A stretch of DNA of 64,000 nucleotides from Candidatus Falkowbacteria bacterium (GCA_026396805.1 JAPLVZ010000004.1:13601-77600), one strand, 5' to 3'. Counted from the stretch's first letter, positions 1 to 9,877 are shown. Notes: a model not told the origin generated them from the sequence alone. Numbers and translations: made by a program.

Positions 1-857
1 GCTAAGCTAGACCAAGCGGAGTTGAAAGAAAACGCCGGAATAACCGCCGCGTCATCGGCGACGAGCGCGACCAGATTGCCGGATAAATCAAAAACAAAAG
101 AATTTTTTAGGTTGTCATCGCCCTTATTGTTCAATTGCAAGCGGGCGCCGGCCAGATCGCTGCTGGCGACGACGGAAGTTCTGGACAGAGCCGTCAGGGT
201 CACCGGCCGAACCGAAGTTAAATTATTAATGACTAATAAACTTTCGCCCAGTGACAGTTCGGTCCGGGTGACGTTTTTCTTAACCGATAAATTATTGGCG
301 CCGGCTAAATGAAAAATCAAAGGTTCGCCCGGCAAATTTTTCAAAGCGGCCAATTCGTCTATTTTATAAACCTGGCGATCGCCGGTAATCACGACGTAAT
401 TCTTAAATTTAAAATCAGTCTTTAGATCATCGGGCACCAGCGCCGCCACCCAACCGTCGGCGGTAATAATTAAACCGACAAAGAGCGGGTCTTCCAGATT
501 ATAATAGCCGGCGGCCGAAGAAGCGGTTGATATTTCCTTGAAGACGCTGGCCAACACCGGCCGGATACCGGCGACCGTTTCGGCGATCTTAACATCTTGA
601 TTAACGACCACTTTTTTGGCGTCGCGGATAACCAGGCCGGAATTAGACGTGTTCAGACCGGAGAGATTTAATTCTCCAGAAAATAACGAAGCGCCATAAT
701 CTTTAAAGATATAAATTCTCGTCAAAGCTTCTCCCAGGATTCCGGCGGCTAAACCGCTAACGAGCGCCACGGTCACTATCAACCAGAATCTGGCGCTGGG
801 CTTTGATTGTTTAACAGTATCGACCGTTGTTCGACCGGTCTTGGCTTGGTTGGACAT
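1..857 (-). CDS. hypothetical membrane-anchored protein, partial (3' end lies beyond window start)
   Basis: Open minus-strand frame from ATG (complement of 855-857) to the window edge. It translates as MSNQAKTGRTTVDTVKQSKPSARFWLIVTVALVSGLAAGIL..., with an N-terminal TM helix. It is absent from the ORF track because no stop lies inside the window. Confidence 0.4.
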   Translation of the reverse strand, partial: MSNQAKTGRTTVDTVKQSKPSARFWLIVTVALVSGLAAGILGEALTRIYIFKDYGASLFSGELNLSGLNTSNSGLVIRDAKKVVVNQDVKIAETVAGIRPVLASVFKEISTASSAAGYYNLEDPLFVGLIITADGWVAALVPDDLKTDFKFKNYVVITGDRQVYKIDELAALKNLPGEPLIFHLAGANNLSVKKNVTRTELSLGESLLVINNLTSVRPVTLTALSRTSVVASSDLAGARLQLNNKGDDNLKNSFVFDLSGNLVALVADDAAVIPAFSFNSAWSSL

Positions 858-910
858 ATTTTAAAAATTATTTATGGATTAAAACCGGCTGACCGTCGGC
901 CCTGATTAGC

Positions 911-1672
911 TTAAAACCAACGAGCCGTCAGAAATAATAATACGAAAGCGATTGCGCTAAGAATAAGCGGTAATTTTAAAACCCGCCGATTCAAAGCGCC
1001 GCGCAGATACAGGCGGATAACAGATAGGGCTAAATAGTAACTGATAGCCAGAAATAAACCGAGCAAATGGAACTTGAGCGGTAATAGCGACAGGCCCCAG
1101 GCTAATTCCGCCAATCCCAAAACACTGATGAGTATCAAAACTTTAGCTTGCTCCGGCTTAATCTTTTTCAGCGGCATGAATTGGATAAATAAAAGCCAGA
1201 TTATCGCCGCAAGAATTAAAACTGTCGCCCAAACCGGCCAAGTGATGAATATCGGCAGACTGAAAAGGACGGTCGCGGCGGCAAAAACGGATAAGAAGCC
1301 GCTGACGATTAAAAGATTATCTAATTTATTTTCAAAAAGGGATTCCGATTCCTTGCGGGTAAAGTAATAATATAAATTCTTCAAATACACGAATAAGAAC
1401 CAAGCGATTAGGATTAAAAGCAATTGAACCCAGAAATTTCCGATGATAATCGCGATATAGCAGGAAAAACTCAGGAAGAATAAAATTGGCGCGATCGCCA
1501 AAAGCGGCCAATCAGACCGTTCGCGACCCGCCAGATATTTGACGCTTAATATTATTACCAAAGCGCCCAGAGCTAAAACGGAATAAAATAAGCCCGACCA
1601 ACGCAAAAATAACTGACCGGAAATCCAGATTAACAGAGGAACAATCAAAGGAATTAATCTTTTATATTTCAT
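911..1672 (-). CDS. polytopic integral membrane protein, unknown function
   Basis: 253-aa ORF made up almost entirely of hydrophobic helices. It sits 18 bp downstream of the next gene on the same strand. Confidence 0.5.
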   Translation of the reverse strand: MKYKRLIPLIVPLLIWISGQLFLRWSGLFYSVLALGALVIILSVKYLAGRERSDWPLLAIAPILFFLSFSCYIAIIIGNFWVQLLLILIAWFLFVYLKNLYYYFTRKESESLFENKLDNLLIVSGFLSVFAAATVLFSLPIFITWPVWATVLILAAIIWLLFIQFMPLKKIKPEQAKVLILISVLGLAELAWGLSLLPLKFHLLGLFLAISYYLALSVIRLYLRGALNRRVLKLPLILSAIAFVLLFLTARWF

Positions 1673-1690
1673 AACTGAATAAAAAATAAA

Positions 1691-3997
1691 TTAATCAGCG
1701 GTGCTGGACGCGGTCGTCGTCGCCCCGGGAACTGTCGAAGCGGGCGGGAATTCGGCTGGAGTTGAAGAAGCTCCGCTCGCTTCCGACATCGGAGTAATAA
1801 TATAATCATCTCCGCCGGCCGAGAGTTCCAAACTTTTAATTTCGGTTAAATCGGTTAAACTGTTGATTTTCAAGAATTTGTTGGAAAAAGTGAAGAGAGC
1901 GTCATTAATATAGAGACTGCGCTTGGCGGTGTTGTCATAATAACTGTAACCGTCCCAATAATCGGCCGTGCCGTAGTGGCCGCCGGCAGAATGGTCTATC
2001 TTGCCCAGTAAAGTGAAGGCGTCATCTTTCAGCGTAAAGACGAGCGCTCCCGCGAAATCCAAGCGGTTGTTAGAATCACGCAACGCCGCCGGAATGACCA
2101 ATAAATTCTTAGCGGCGGAATATAAGAAAGCCTTATGGTCATAAAGGGCGATAGAATCGCTGCCGCCGCCGCCCAAAATATAACTGTCCAATTCCTTGGG
2201 CTTAGCCGGATCGCTGAAATCGAATAAAGATAATTTCAGTCCCTTGACTGTGACGTTGCCGGCGGTGGTTTCCTCCGTCTCGCGGCCGAGACCGATCAGT
2301 TTTGTTCCGTTTAAATCCGCCGGATGAAGATAATTGGAAAAACCCGGAATCTTAATGGCGCCGAGCACTACCGGCTTGGTCGGATCACTTAAGCTGATGA
2401 CGAATAAGGGGTCGATTTGTTTGAAAGTCACCAAATAAACGCGGTTGCCGATAAAACGAGCGGCATAAATTTTTTCCGTCGTCGCCAGATTTTCTAATTT
2501 ACCGACCGTTTGCAAGTTAGAATCAAGCACATAAATACTGCTGTAAGAATCGGCGGACGATTCGCCGAGCCGCGAAGAATATTGGCTGCGCGTCGTCGCG
2601 ATTCGAAAATAATTATTATTCTCATCCATGGAGAATTGATTTAAAACTTGACCGCTCACTTCCCCCAGAGCGCGATATTCTATCTGGCCGCCGCTGATAC
2701 CGATTTTATGGATAATGGTTTTCTCCATGTCTTTGGCTTTCTCGTTGATTTTCTCCGCCAGTTTTGTATCAATCTCCGCGTTTAAAGCAATCTGGGCGGC
2801 GGAATCCAAAGAATTAAAATAACGGTCAAGATACTGCGCCACCTTGGTTTTTTTCTCTTGGCTGTTAAGGATGAAACTTGGCGTCGCCTCAATCTTATCG
2901 ATCTTATCCTGAACTTCGGCGCTTAAAAGCGGATAGATTAATTCCCGCTTGACGTCCTGTTCCAAATCATATTCATTGAGATACTGGGTATAAGTGATGT
3001 AAATATTATCTTGGGAAACATAGAGATTCTGTCCGCTATTTAAGAGATAGGCCTGCCCGCTAATAACCTCGGCGTTGTTTTTTATATTTATCGCCGTGAT
3101 GTTGGTGAAATTATAGGAGTCGTAAGCGATATCAAAATAATAAACGGCGGGCGCGAAACACTTTCCGCTGGCTTCGCAGGTTGAAGATAAAGCTTGCCCG
3201 CTATCAAGAACCCGCGGCACGAGCGGTTCGCCGGCGATATAACTATTATAAGTATCGGTTATAAAATAAACATAATCGCCGATCAGGCGGGCGTCGCGAT
3301 AAGAGCCTTCAAAATCCAAATCGCGGACCTGTTTCGGATTGGCCGGATCGCTGATATCAAAGACTTTGAAGAAAGTATAGGCGTTCTGGCGACGGAAACT
3401 CTGATATATCTCTTGGGCGTATATCTGATTATCACCGCCGAAAACCGCTAAAAAGTCGCCGCTGATAAAAATATCTTGCGGCCGGGATTTAAAAACGATC
3501 TTACTGACGACTTTAGCCTCGGCGGGCGGACTGGCGTTAATGACCGATAATTCATTCCTGACCAACGCGTAAATATAATGTCCGTCCGTCTTGATAATAT
3601 CGGCTTCATCAACTCCGGCGACTTGATTGTTCGTCGTCGAATAATCCAAAGAATTATTGGGCTGGGAACTATTACTCGATTGAGAGCCGCTATCGGAAAC
3701 GGCCGCGCTTTGTGTCATCATCTCGGACTTTAAAAACCCGGCCGAAACCCGAGTAAGGTCGGCAGTCGGATTATTATTAGCGGCTAAAAACTCCGCCAAT
3801 TCGTCATAATTATTAAATTTTTTAAGTTTGCTGGTTCCGGTGGAAATACTCGTTTCCGTGGTCGTCGCCACTTCTGTTTTTTCAACTATGGGGGTGACGT
3901 CGGGCGCGACCGGCTTTTTCCAAGGCAGAGTACAGGCGCTAAGCGTGGCGACCGAAAATAGCAGGATTAAAGATAATAAAAGAGTTTTTTTTGGCAT
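1691..3997 (-). CDS. secreted lipoprotein, large beta-propeller-like extracellular protein
   Basis: Signal peptide with a lipobox-like LSAC. The 768-aa body is beta-rich with repeated Y/W/G patterns and ends in a Thr/Ser/Ala/Pro-rich tail. Confidence 0.5.
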   Translation of the reverse strand: MPKKTLLLSLILLFSVATLSACTLPWKKPVAPDVTPIVEKTEVATTTETSISTGTSKLKKFNNYDELAEFLAANNNPTADLTRVSAGFLKSEMMTQSAAVSDSGSQSSNSSQPNNSLDYSTTNNQVAGVDEADIIKTDGHYIYALVRNELSVINASPPAEAKVVSKIVFKSRPQDIFISGDFLAVFGGDNQIYAQEIYQSFRRQNAYTFFKVFDISDPANPKQVRDLDFEGSYRDARLIGDYVYFITDTYNSYIAGEPLVPRVLDSGQALSSTCEASGKCFAPAVYYFDIAYDSYNFTNITAINIKNNAEVISGQAYLLNSGQNLYVSQDNIYITYTQYLNEYDLEQDVKRELIYPLLSAEVQDKIDKIEATPSFILNSQEKKTKVAQYLDRYFNSLDSAAQIALNAEIDTKLAEKINEKAKDMEKTIIHKIGISGGQIEYRALGEVSGQVLNQFSMDENNNYFRIATTRSQYSSRLGESSADSYSSIYVLDSNLQTVGKLENLATTEKIYAARFIGNRVYLVTFKQIDPLFVISLSDPTKPVVLGAIKIPGFSNYLHPADLNGTKLIGLGRETEETTAGNVTVKGLKLSLFDFSDPAKPKELDSYILGGGGSDSIALYDHKAFLYSAAKNLLVIPAALRDSNNRLDFAGALVFTLKDDAFTLLGKIDHSAGGHYGTADYWDGYSYYDNTAKRSLYINDALFTFSNKFLKINSLTDLTEIKSLELSAGGDDYIITPMSEASGASSTPAEFPPASTVPGATTTASSTAD

Positions 3998-4148
3998 AAA
4001 ACAAAAAAAATTAGTGTTAACTAGACTAAGATAATTATATCATTTAGGCGCCAGAAAAACAAAAGCCGACGAGTATCGGCTTGGAAACAATAATATCGCT
4101 CAAAGATAACCAAATCATCCGAAGTCAGACTTTCTAAAAACAATGAAA

Positions 4149-4859
4149 TTACTTTATCACTACTTCAGTCCCCTCGCTCACCCTGTCATATAGATATTGG
4201 GCCGGACCGATACCAAGACGGATACAGCCGTGCGAAACCGGTTTGCCCAAATGGTCCGCGCCTTCACGATAACCGTTCGGCCAAAGAGGCAGTTCATGAA
4301 TCCCGAATTGGCCGTGGTCCAGTCCCAGCCAATAAGGCATCCATAATTTATAGGTATTTGACCAAGCCTTTTTGACCTTATTAAAAATCTGGTAATTCCC
4401 TTTTGGCGTCGGCATGCTCGCTTTGCCGGTTGAAACCGAAAACTCTTTCCATATTTGGCCGCCGACAAAATAAGCCAGTTTCTGGGTCTTTAAATTAATT
4501 TCAATCTTCTGCGCTAACTTCACGGTGGAACTTGATAAAGGATTAAACCCGAAGTCTATTTCGACCCCGTCTTTATAACCGTCGCTGTCGGAATCGGCGT
4601 TAAGCGGGTCGGTCTTAAATTTTAATTCCCAGTAATCGCTTAAACCGTCTTTATCCATGTCGCTTTTATCTATTTTCACTTTAGCCGGATTGACGGGCGA
4701 ATAGCCGTTTTTTATTTCTTGAACGTCGCTGTAACCGTCGCTGTCGGAATCAGGACTCGGTTCAATCGCTTGGGCCGCTCCTATCCTTAGACCTAAAAAA
4801 ATCGCCATAAACAATACCATGACGAGCGAAAAAAATAATTTTTGAGTTTTTAAATTCAT
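4149..4859 (-). CDS. L,D-transpeptidase (YkuD domain) with N-terminal Ca-binding-like Asp repeats
   Basis: Signal peptide. Repeated SDSDGYSDV / DSDSDGYKDG (DxDxDG) motifs. C-terminal catalytic motif HGCIRL. Confidence 0.7.
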   Translation of the reverse strand: MNLKTQKLFFSLVMVLFMAIFLGLRIGAAQAIEPSPDSDSDGYSDVQEIKNGYSPVNPAKVKIDKSDMDKDGLSDYWELKFKTDPLNADSDSDGYKDGVEIDFGFNPLSSSTVKLAQKIEINLKTQKLAYFVGGQIWKEFSVSTGKASMPTPKGNYQIFNKVKKAWSNTYKLWMPYWLGLDHGQFGIHELPLWPNGYREGADHLGKPVSHGCIRLGIGPAQYLYDRVSEGTEVVIK

Positions 4860-4898
4860 ACCATGAAAGCGCGTGGCCGCGTTGAACTCTTCGGCTTA

Positions 4899-5447
4899 TT
4901 ATTTAGAGGAAACTTGATCTAAAGAATACTCACAACCGCAAAATTTTTGCCGGTAGAGGCCGAGTTTCTTCGCCAGCTCCTGGCTATGGCGATAACCGTC
5001 ATTAGCCTGAAAATCCATATCCAAGAAAGCGACCTCGCTCATTTCTTCCAATTCTTTGCCTATTTCTCTTATGGCCGCCATATCCTTATACGGACTGACC
5101 AGAAGCGTCGTTCCAAAAATATCAAAACCTTTCTCTTTCGCCAGGCAGGCGGTTTTAGTGAGACGGTCGCGGTAGCAAAAGCGGCAACGTTCGCTCCGTT
5201 CCGGATCGCCGGCGCGGGCGCAGGCTATTTCTTTCCAGGCTTCATGATTATAAGGTTCGACCAGGAGAGGAAAACTAAATTTGGCCGCCATTAATTCAAC
5301 CATAGCCAAACGCTTGTCATATTCCTCTTGTGAAACAAGATTGGGATTACAAAAATACCAAGTCAGGTCATAATGCGGCGCCAATCGGTCGCGGCTGATA
5401 TAAGCGCCGCAAGGCGCGCAACAAATTTGTAAAAGCAATTTTTTCAT
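4899..5447 (-). CDS. queH: epoxyqueuosine reductase QueH (DUF208)
   Basis: Starts MKKLLLQICCAPCGAY (CCAPC hallmark) and ends ...CGCEYS. The start was moved to the internal ATG (complement of 5445-5447), which overlaps the upstream gene stop by 4 nt. Confidence 0.65.
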   Translation of the reverse strand: MKKLLLQICCAPCGAYISRDRLAPHYDLTWYFCNPNLVSQEEYDKRLAMVELMAAKFSFPLLVEPYNHEAWKEIACARAGDPERSERCRFCYRDRLTKTACLAKEKGFDIFGTTLLVSPYKDMAAIREIGKELEEMSEVAFLDMDFQANDGYRHSQELAKKLGLYRQKFCGCEYSLDQVSSK

Positions 5448-6511
5448 AACGGATTTACCGGTTTTTTTATTTTCCCCAGGCGGCGATCTAAAAACCAAAA
5501 ACCGATGACAAAAAGCATCATGACGCCGACTAAAGCGACGAGCGCCCAAAACTTACCGCGGCTTTGTAAAAATAAGCCGCTCAATCCGAACATAAGCGAC
5601 AAAGCATAAAATATCAAAACCGTCCGGCGCTGGCCGATTCCCAGCGCCAGCAAGCGATGATGCAAATGTTTCTGATCGGCGAATTTAAACGGGTTCCGGC
5701 CTTGGAAGACGCGGCGGATTATAGTCCAGGCGACATCAAGAATAGGAATGCCCATGATGAGTAAGGCGATGGCAATTTTTCCTCCAGAAATAATCGCCAG
5801 CACTCCCAGAATATAGCCCAGGAGAAGCGACCCGCCTTCGCCCAAAAAAATCTTGGCCGGATACCAATTAAAAATCAAGAAACCGCCGCAAGCCCCGACT
5901 AAAAGAATGGCGGCCAAAGCGATATCCGGTTGGTAATAGCGGGTTGTCAGCGTAAATAAAAAAATGATTAAACCGCCGATACCGCTCACTCCGGTCACTA
6001 AGCCGTCAACGCCGTCCAGTAATTTAGTCGTATACATCATGCCCAAGAGCCACAGGCCGATTAAAAGAGGAGAAACGAGAGCCAGGGCGCTCAAATCAAA
6101 ATAAGAACCGAAAGGATTGGTTATTTTGGAAATTTCCACGCCGCCTAAAATAACGGCGACGATTGCCAACAAGGGAAAGATAATTTGCAGCCGCGGCTTC
6201 AGATTATATTTATCGTCTAAAATGCCGCCGATCATAATTAAGAGCGCGCCCGCAAAAAAACCGACCAGATGCGATAATTTAAGATTTCCGGACAAAAAAT
6301 AGTCGGAGTTCAAAAATAGAATAAAAAAATAAGCGCCAAAAATTGCCAAGCCGCCTAAGAGCGGTACTGGCCGAGTGTGAATTTTCCGGCCTCCCTCTCC
6401 GCTTTTATTTGGATTATCCACTATCTTAAAAGAAAAAGCGACCCGCTTAACCAGGAGCGTTAAACCGGCCGTCAAAACAAGAGCTAAGATAAAGATATAA
6501 AAATAAAACAT
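5444..6511 (-). CDS. glycosyltransferase family 4 polyprenyl-phosphate HexNAc-1-phosphate transferase (MraY/WecA/TagO family)
   Basis: Polytopic membrane protein with motifs ILDDKYNL, DGVDGL and KHLHHRLL, typical of the MraY/WecA superfamily. The WecA and MraY subtypes cannot be told apart by eye. Confidence 0.65.
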   Translation of the reverse strand: MFYFYIFILALVLTAGLTLLVKRVAFSFKIVDNPNKSGEGGRKIHTRPVPLLGGLAIFGAYFFILFLNSDYFLSGNLKLSHLVGFFAGALLIMIGGILDDKYNLKPRLQIIFPLLAIVAVILGGVEISKITNPFGSYFDLSALALVSPLLIGLWLLGMMYTTKLLDGVDGLVTGVSGIGGLIIFLFTLTTRYYQPDIALAAILLVGACGGFLIFNWYPAKIFLGEGGSLLLGYILGVLAIISGGKIAIALLIMGIPILDVAWTIIRRVFQGRNPFKFADQKHLHHRLLALGIGQRRTVLIFYALSLMFGLSGLFLQSRGKFWALVALVGVMMLFVIGFWFLDRRLGKIKKPVNPL

Positions 6512-6571
6512 ATAAATGAAGGCTCGTTCCGGTGAGTGGAAACTCTATCTGATCGCCTAAAAATACGCCCC

Positions 6572-9253
6572 TTATAATTCCGTCGCCGGCTCAACTTCAA
6601 TATCCGCGCGGCTATTTATGATAATCGTGTCACGGCGCTTCAACTGCCCGGCTAAAATCTTATTGGCGATATTATCCTCAATTTTATCTTGAAGCAAGCG
6701 CCGGAGCGGACGGGCGCCGAATTTCGGATCATAACCTTCGTGCGCCAAAAGAGCCACGCCGTCCTTATCCGCTTTCAAATCGATCCCTTTGAGCGCCAGC
6801 TTCTTTTTTATTTTTTTCAGCATCAGGGTCGCGATCGCCACCGTGTCCTCTTCACTCAAAGGCCTGAAGACGATAATGCCGTCAAAACGATTGATAAGTT
6901 CCGGACGCAAGTATTTATTGAGCTGATTATCGATCAAGTCCTGTTTGATGATATTAATCGGAGTCTGAGCTTTTATCTGATCCTGGATAAAGACCGCGCC
7001 GATATTAGAAGTCGCGATGATAATAGATTCGGAAAAATTGATTGTTCGGCCCTGGCCGTCGGTCAAGCGGCCATCATCTAGAAGCTGGAGCAATAAATTT
7101 AAGATATCCGGGTTGGCCTTTTCAACTTCATCCAATAATATCAGGGCGAACGGTTTCTTACGCACCGCTTCCGTCAAATAGCCGAGCGTTCCGTCCACGT
7201 CGCCGATCATCTTTCTGATGCTGTCGGCGGACTGGTATTCGCTCATATCCAGACGGACAAGATAATCCTCGTCGCCGAAATAAACCTGGCTGACTGTTTT
7301 CGCCAGTTCAGTCTTACCGACGCCGGTCGGACCGAGAAACAAGAAACTGGCGATCGGTCGCCGGCTGTCTTTCATTTCGGCGCGGGCGCGGCGCAAACTC
7401 GCCGCCACGGCGTTAACCGCCTCGGCCTGATCGACTAAACGCTGATGAATTTCATTTTCTAAATTCAATAATTTCTGGCTTTCTGAAACCGTGACTCGAC
7501 TGACCGGGATGCCGGTCAATTCACTGATGGCTTGAGCTACGGCCTCACGGCCGCAAAAAGACGACTCTGGATCATCCGGCGCTTTTTTGGCGGTGAGAAT
7601 CGCCGCTTTTTCCAAAAGGTCGATCGCTTTCAGCGGCAAGAACTTATCATGCAAATAACGGGAAGACATAATAACCGCCTGTTCGATAGCGCCATAAACG
7701 ATATAGGTATCATATTTAGCTTCCAAGAACCCGACCTTGCTTTCCAATATCTGAATGGCCAGATTAATTTCCGGCTCCTTAACGGCAATGGTCGTCATAA
7801 TATTGCCGATCGCCTTATTTTCGATATGGCGAGCGTAATTTTCCGTCGTCGCCGCCGCCAGGCAATATAAATTTTTTCGGCTGATAGCTTCCCCTAAAAC
7901 TTCCGACAAATCCAAGCTCTCTTGGCTGCCGGAGCTGATACCGATAAGATTCTCAATATTATCTATATAGAGAATAATATTGGTCGAACGACTGATTTCA
8001 TTTAGGCTCGTAAGCAACCGTTCTTCGGCGAGAGACGCGTCGGCGCCGGCGACTAGGCGTGAAACGTCAAGCTCCACCAAACGTTTATCTTTTAAGAATT
8101 TAGGCACATTTTCCGCCACCATCAACTGGGCCAAGCCGCCGATAATCGTGCTCTTGCCGACTCCGACCGGACCGACCAAAAGTACGCCGTTATGCCCGCC
8201 CGTAAACGCTTCAAAGATATCGTTTATTTCTTTATCCCGGCCGACACAGATATTCAAAGCGCCGTATTTCGCCTGAATGGTCAGGTCGTGAGAAAAATGA
8301 TCTAAAGTCGGAGTCGCGATCGCCGTATAAGCGCGGTTCATATTATTGCCCGGTTTAAAAACCGCTAAGCGGCGATAACCGCGATAATTCTCGACTAAAC
8401 GGCGATTGACGCGGAACCAGGCGACGGTGTTGATGATCTTGTCCTTATCTATTTCCAGTTCATAAAGTATTTCGGCGAGAAAAGGGTCGCGCTCATAGCA
8501 AAATTGGATAATATTCAATAAATCGACGCTCGGCTGTTTTAATCCGTAAGCATCGGTAAAAGCAGACACCAAAACTTCCTGAAGCGCCGGCGCTAAAGTG
8601 GCCCGGCCTTTAGCTTTAGCGTCCCGAGGCTTGATGAGGCGGCGGTCAACCAGTTCCACTAATCTTTTCGCGTCGACATCCAGGCGGATAAAAAGATTCT
8701 GAATCTCTTTAGTCTTTAAGAGGACTCGAAAAAGATGAATGATCTCAACTTGACTCTGGCCCAACTTCACGGCCAGAAGATAAGCGTCTTCCACCGCCCG
8801 CCAACTGGCGCGAGAATAAGCGACGGCAACATTATATTTTTTCTGTCCGCGGGCGGGCTTGGGTTTACCGGCGTCAAACAAGCGATAATTTATCTTGCTT
8901 AACGCCGCTTTCGCTTGGCTGCCGCGATAAATCAGAAATAAATCAAACCATAAGGATATCAAGAAAATAAAAATGAGCGGGTCAAATTTCCGCCAAAAGA
9001 AAAGCAGGCTTATCGGCTTGGCGATTAAGGAAGTTTGGTTATTAAAAATCCAGCCGCCGAACGCGCCCCAGCCGGCGAAGACTATCAGCCAGACAAAAAA
9101 TATCAGAAGGCGGTCAATCTTGGCTCTAGTTCTCCCCAGACCGATGACCGAGCGGCGAAGCGCGCTTCCCCAAAACAAGAAACGCCCTAAAAACCAGGCG
9201 CCGCGGCCGCCGTCACTTTGCTCTTCGGTAAAAGTTATTTTTTCCTCCGCCAT
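6572..9253 (-). CDS. membrane-anchored Clp/Hsp100-family double AAA+ ATPase (ClpA/C-like, no long M-domain) with degenerate D1
   Basis: N-terminal ~110 aa carries three TM helices. D1 has Walker A GPVGVGKST and a Walker B that reads ILYIDNIEN (DN where DE is expected). The arginine-finger segment LERRFQ is missing. D2 is canonical: [27 protein letters not shown]. Confidence 0.7.
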   Translation of the reverse strand: MAEEKITFTEEQSDGGRGAWFLGRFLFWGSALRRSVIGLGRTRAKIDRLLIFFVWLIVFAGWGAFGGWIFNNQTSLIAKPISLLFFWRKFDPLIFIFLISLWFDLFLIYRGSQAKAALSKINYRLFDAGKPKPARGQKKYNVAVAYSRASWRAVEDAYLLAVKLGQSQVEIIHLFRVLLKTKEIQNLFIRLDVDAKRLVELVDRRLIKPRDAKAKGRATLAPALQEVLVSAFTDAYGLKQPSVDLLNIIQFCYERDPFLAEILYELEIDKDKIINTVAWFRVNRRLVENYRGYRRLAVFKPGNNMNRAYTAIATPTLDHFSHDLTIQAKYGALNICVGRDKEINDIFEAFTGGHNGVLLVGPVGVGKSTIIGGLAQLMVAENVPKFLKDKRLVELDVSRLVAGADASLAEERLLTSLNEISRSTNIILYIDNIENLIGISSGSQESLDLSEVLGEAISRKNLYCLAAATTENYARHIENKAIGNIMTTIAVKEPEINLAIQILESKVGFLEAKYDTYIVYGAIEQAVIMSSRYLHDKFLPLKAIDLLEKAAILTAKKAPDDPESSFCGREAVAQAISELTGIPVSRVTVSESQKLLNLENEIHQRLVDQAEAVNAVAASLRRARAEMKDSRRPIASFLFLGPTGVGKTELAKTVSQVYFGDEDYLVRLDMSEYQSADSIRKMIGDVDGTLGYLTEAVRKKPFALILLDEVEKANPDILNLLLQLLDDGRLTDGQGRTINFSESIIIATSNIGAVFIQDQIKAQTPINIIKQDLIDNQLNKYLRPELINRFDGIIVFRPLSEEDTVAIATLMLKKIKKKLALKGIDLKADKDGVALLAHEGYDPKFGARPLRRLLQDKIEDNIANKILAGQLKRRDTIIINSRADIEVEPATEL

Positions 9254-9353
9254 ATTTTATCCGTTCTTATACTTGTCTTTATTCGCTCTTATCTTTATTC
9301 GCTCTTATCTTTGCCCCTAAGTCGAAATTTATAATTAATCCATCAACAAATAA

Positions 9354-9722
9354 TCAATTCGCCAGTTGGAAAGCCAGTCCCAAAAACAGCAAAATCGGAC
9401 CAATCAGCCAAATAATCAAAGCGATCAAGGCCAGACCGAGCCAAAATAATAAAATAGCGCCCCGGAAGATTATCTGGACCAGGCGCATGACAAAACTGAT
9501 GACGCGACCGGCCGGATCGCGCTGGCCGTACATGGGCACAAAAATATTTTTTAACCAGACACTAAATCCTAAAGACGTTTCTCGCGCCCGCCAAAAATGG
9601 AAAACGCTCGTTCCCGCCCGGGCGAAGCCGACGCTGTACCACCAAACCGGAAAATACAAAATTTCTCCAAGGATTTGAAGAATAATCTTGCCAGCGTAGG
9701 TGAAGAAATTATGGTTTAACAT
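9354..9722 (-). CDS. small membrane protein, probably co-transcribed with the downstream Hsp100 paralog
   Basis: 122-aa ORF with 3-4 hydrophobic helices, on the same strand, 100 bp upstream of the 893-aa gene. Confidence 0.4.
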   Translation of the reverse strand: MLNHNFFTYAGKIILQILGEILYFPVWWYSVGFARAGTSVFHFWRARETSLGFSVWLKNIFVPMYGQRDPAGRVISFVMRLVQIIFRGAILLFWLGLALIALIIWLIGPILLFLGLAFQLAN

Positions 9723-9773
9723 GAAAAATTAAAAATAAGGATATTTTTAATAAAAATGTCTTTTCCTTCTAAT

Positions 9774-9803
9774 ATAATAGCATGTTTCAGATTTTGTTGA
9801 CAA
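9774..9803 (-). promoter_or_regulatory. putative sigma-70 promoter (minus strand) TTGTCA-N18-TATTAT for the small-membrane-protein/Hsp100 operon
   Basis: Hexamers read on the reverse complement: -35 at 9798-9803 and -10 at 9774-9779. Confidence 0.35.
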
Positions 9804-9817
9804 TAATTTAATTGGAA

Positions 9818-9846
9818 TTGACAAGTAGCTGGCCTTATATTATGAT
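9818..9846 (+). promoter_or_regulatory. sigma-70 promoter TTGACA-N17-TATGAT of clpB
   Basis: Consensus -35 at 9818-9823, 17-nt spacer, -10 TATGAT at 9841-9846, located 68 nt upstream of the clpB ATG. Confidence 0.5.
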
Positions 9847-9850
9847 TAGA

Positions 9851-9877
9851 TTAGCACTCTAATAATGAGAGTGCTAA
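9851..9877 (+). promoter_or_regulatory. CIRCE operator (HrcA binding site) TTAGCACTC-N9-GAGTGCTAA
   Basis: Perfect 9-9 inverted repeat with a 9-nt spacer that matches the CIRCE consensus exactly. It lies just downstream of the -10, 37 nt before the clpB start. Confidence 0.8.

Noticed and set aside
22-312. 96-aa plus-strand ORF at window start
   Set aside because: It lies entirely inside a longer uninterrupted minus-strand frame (1-857) that has a plausible start and a TM helix. It is antisense noise.
4178-4468. 96-aa minus-strand ORF
   Set aside because: It is an alternative frame inside the L,D-transpeptidase gene.
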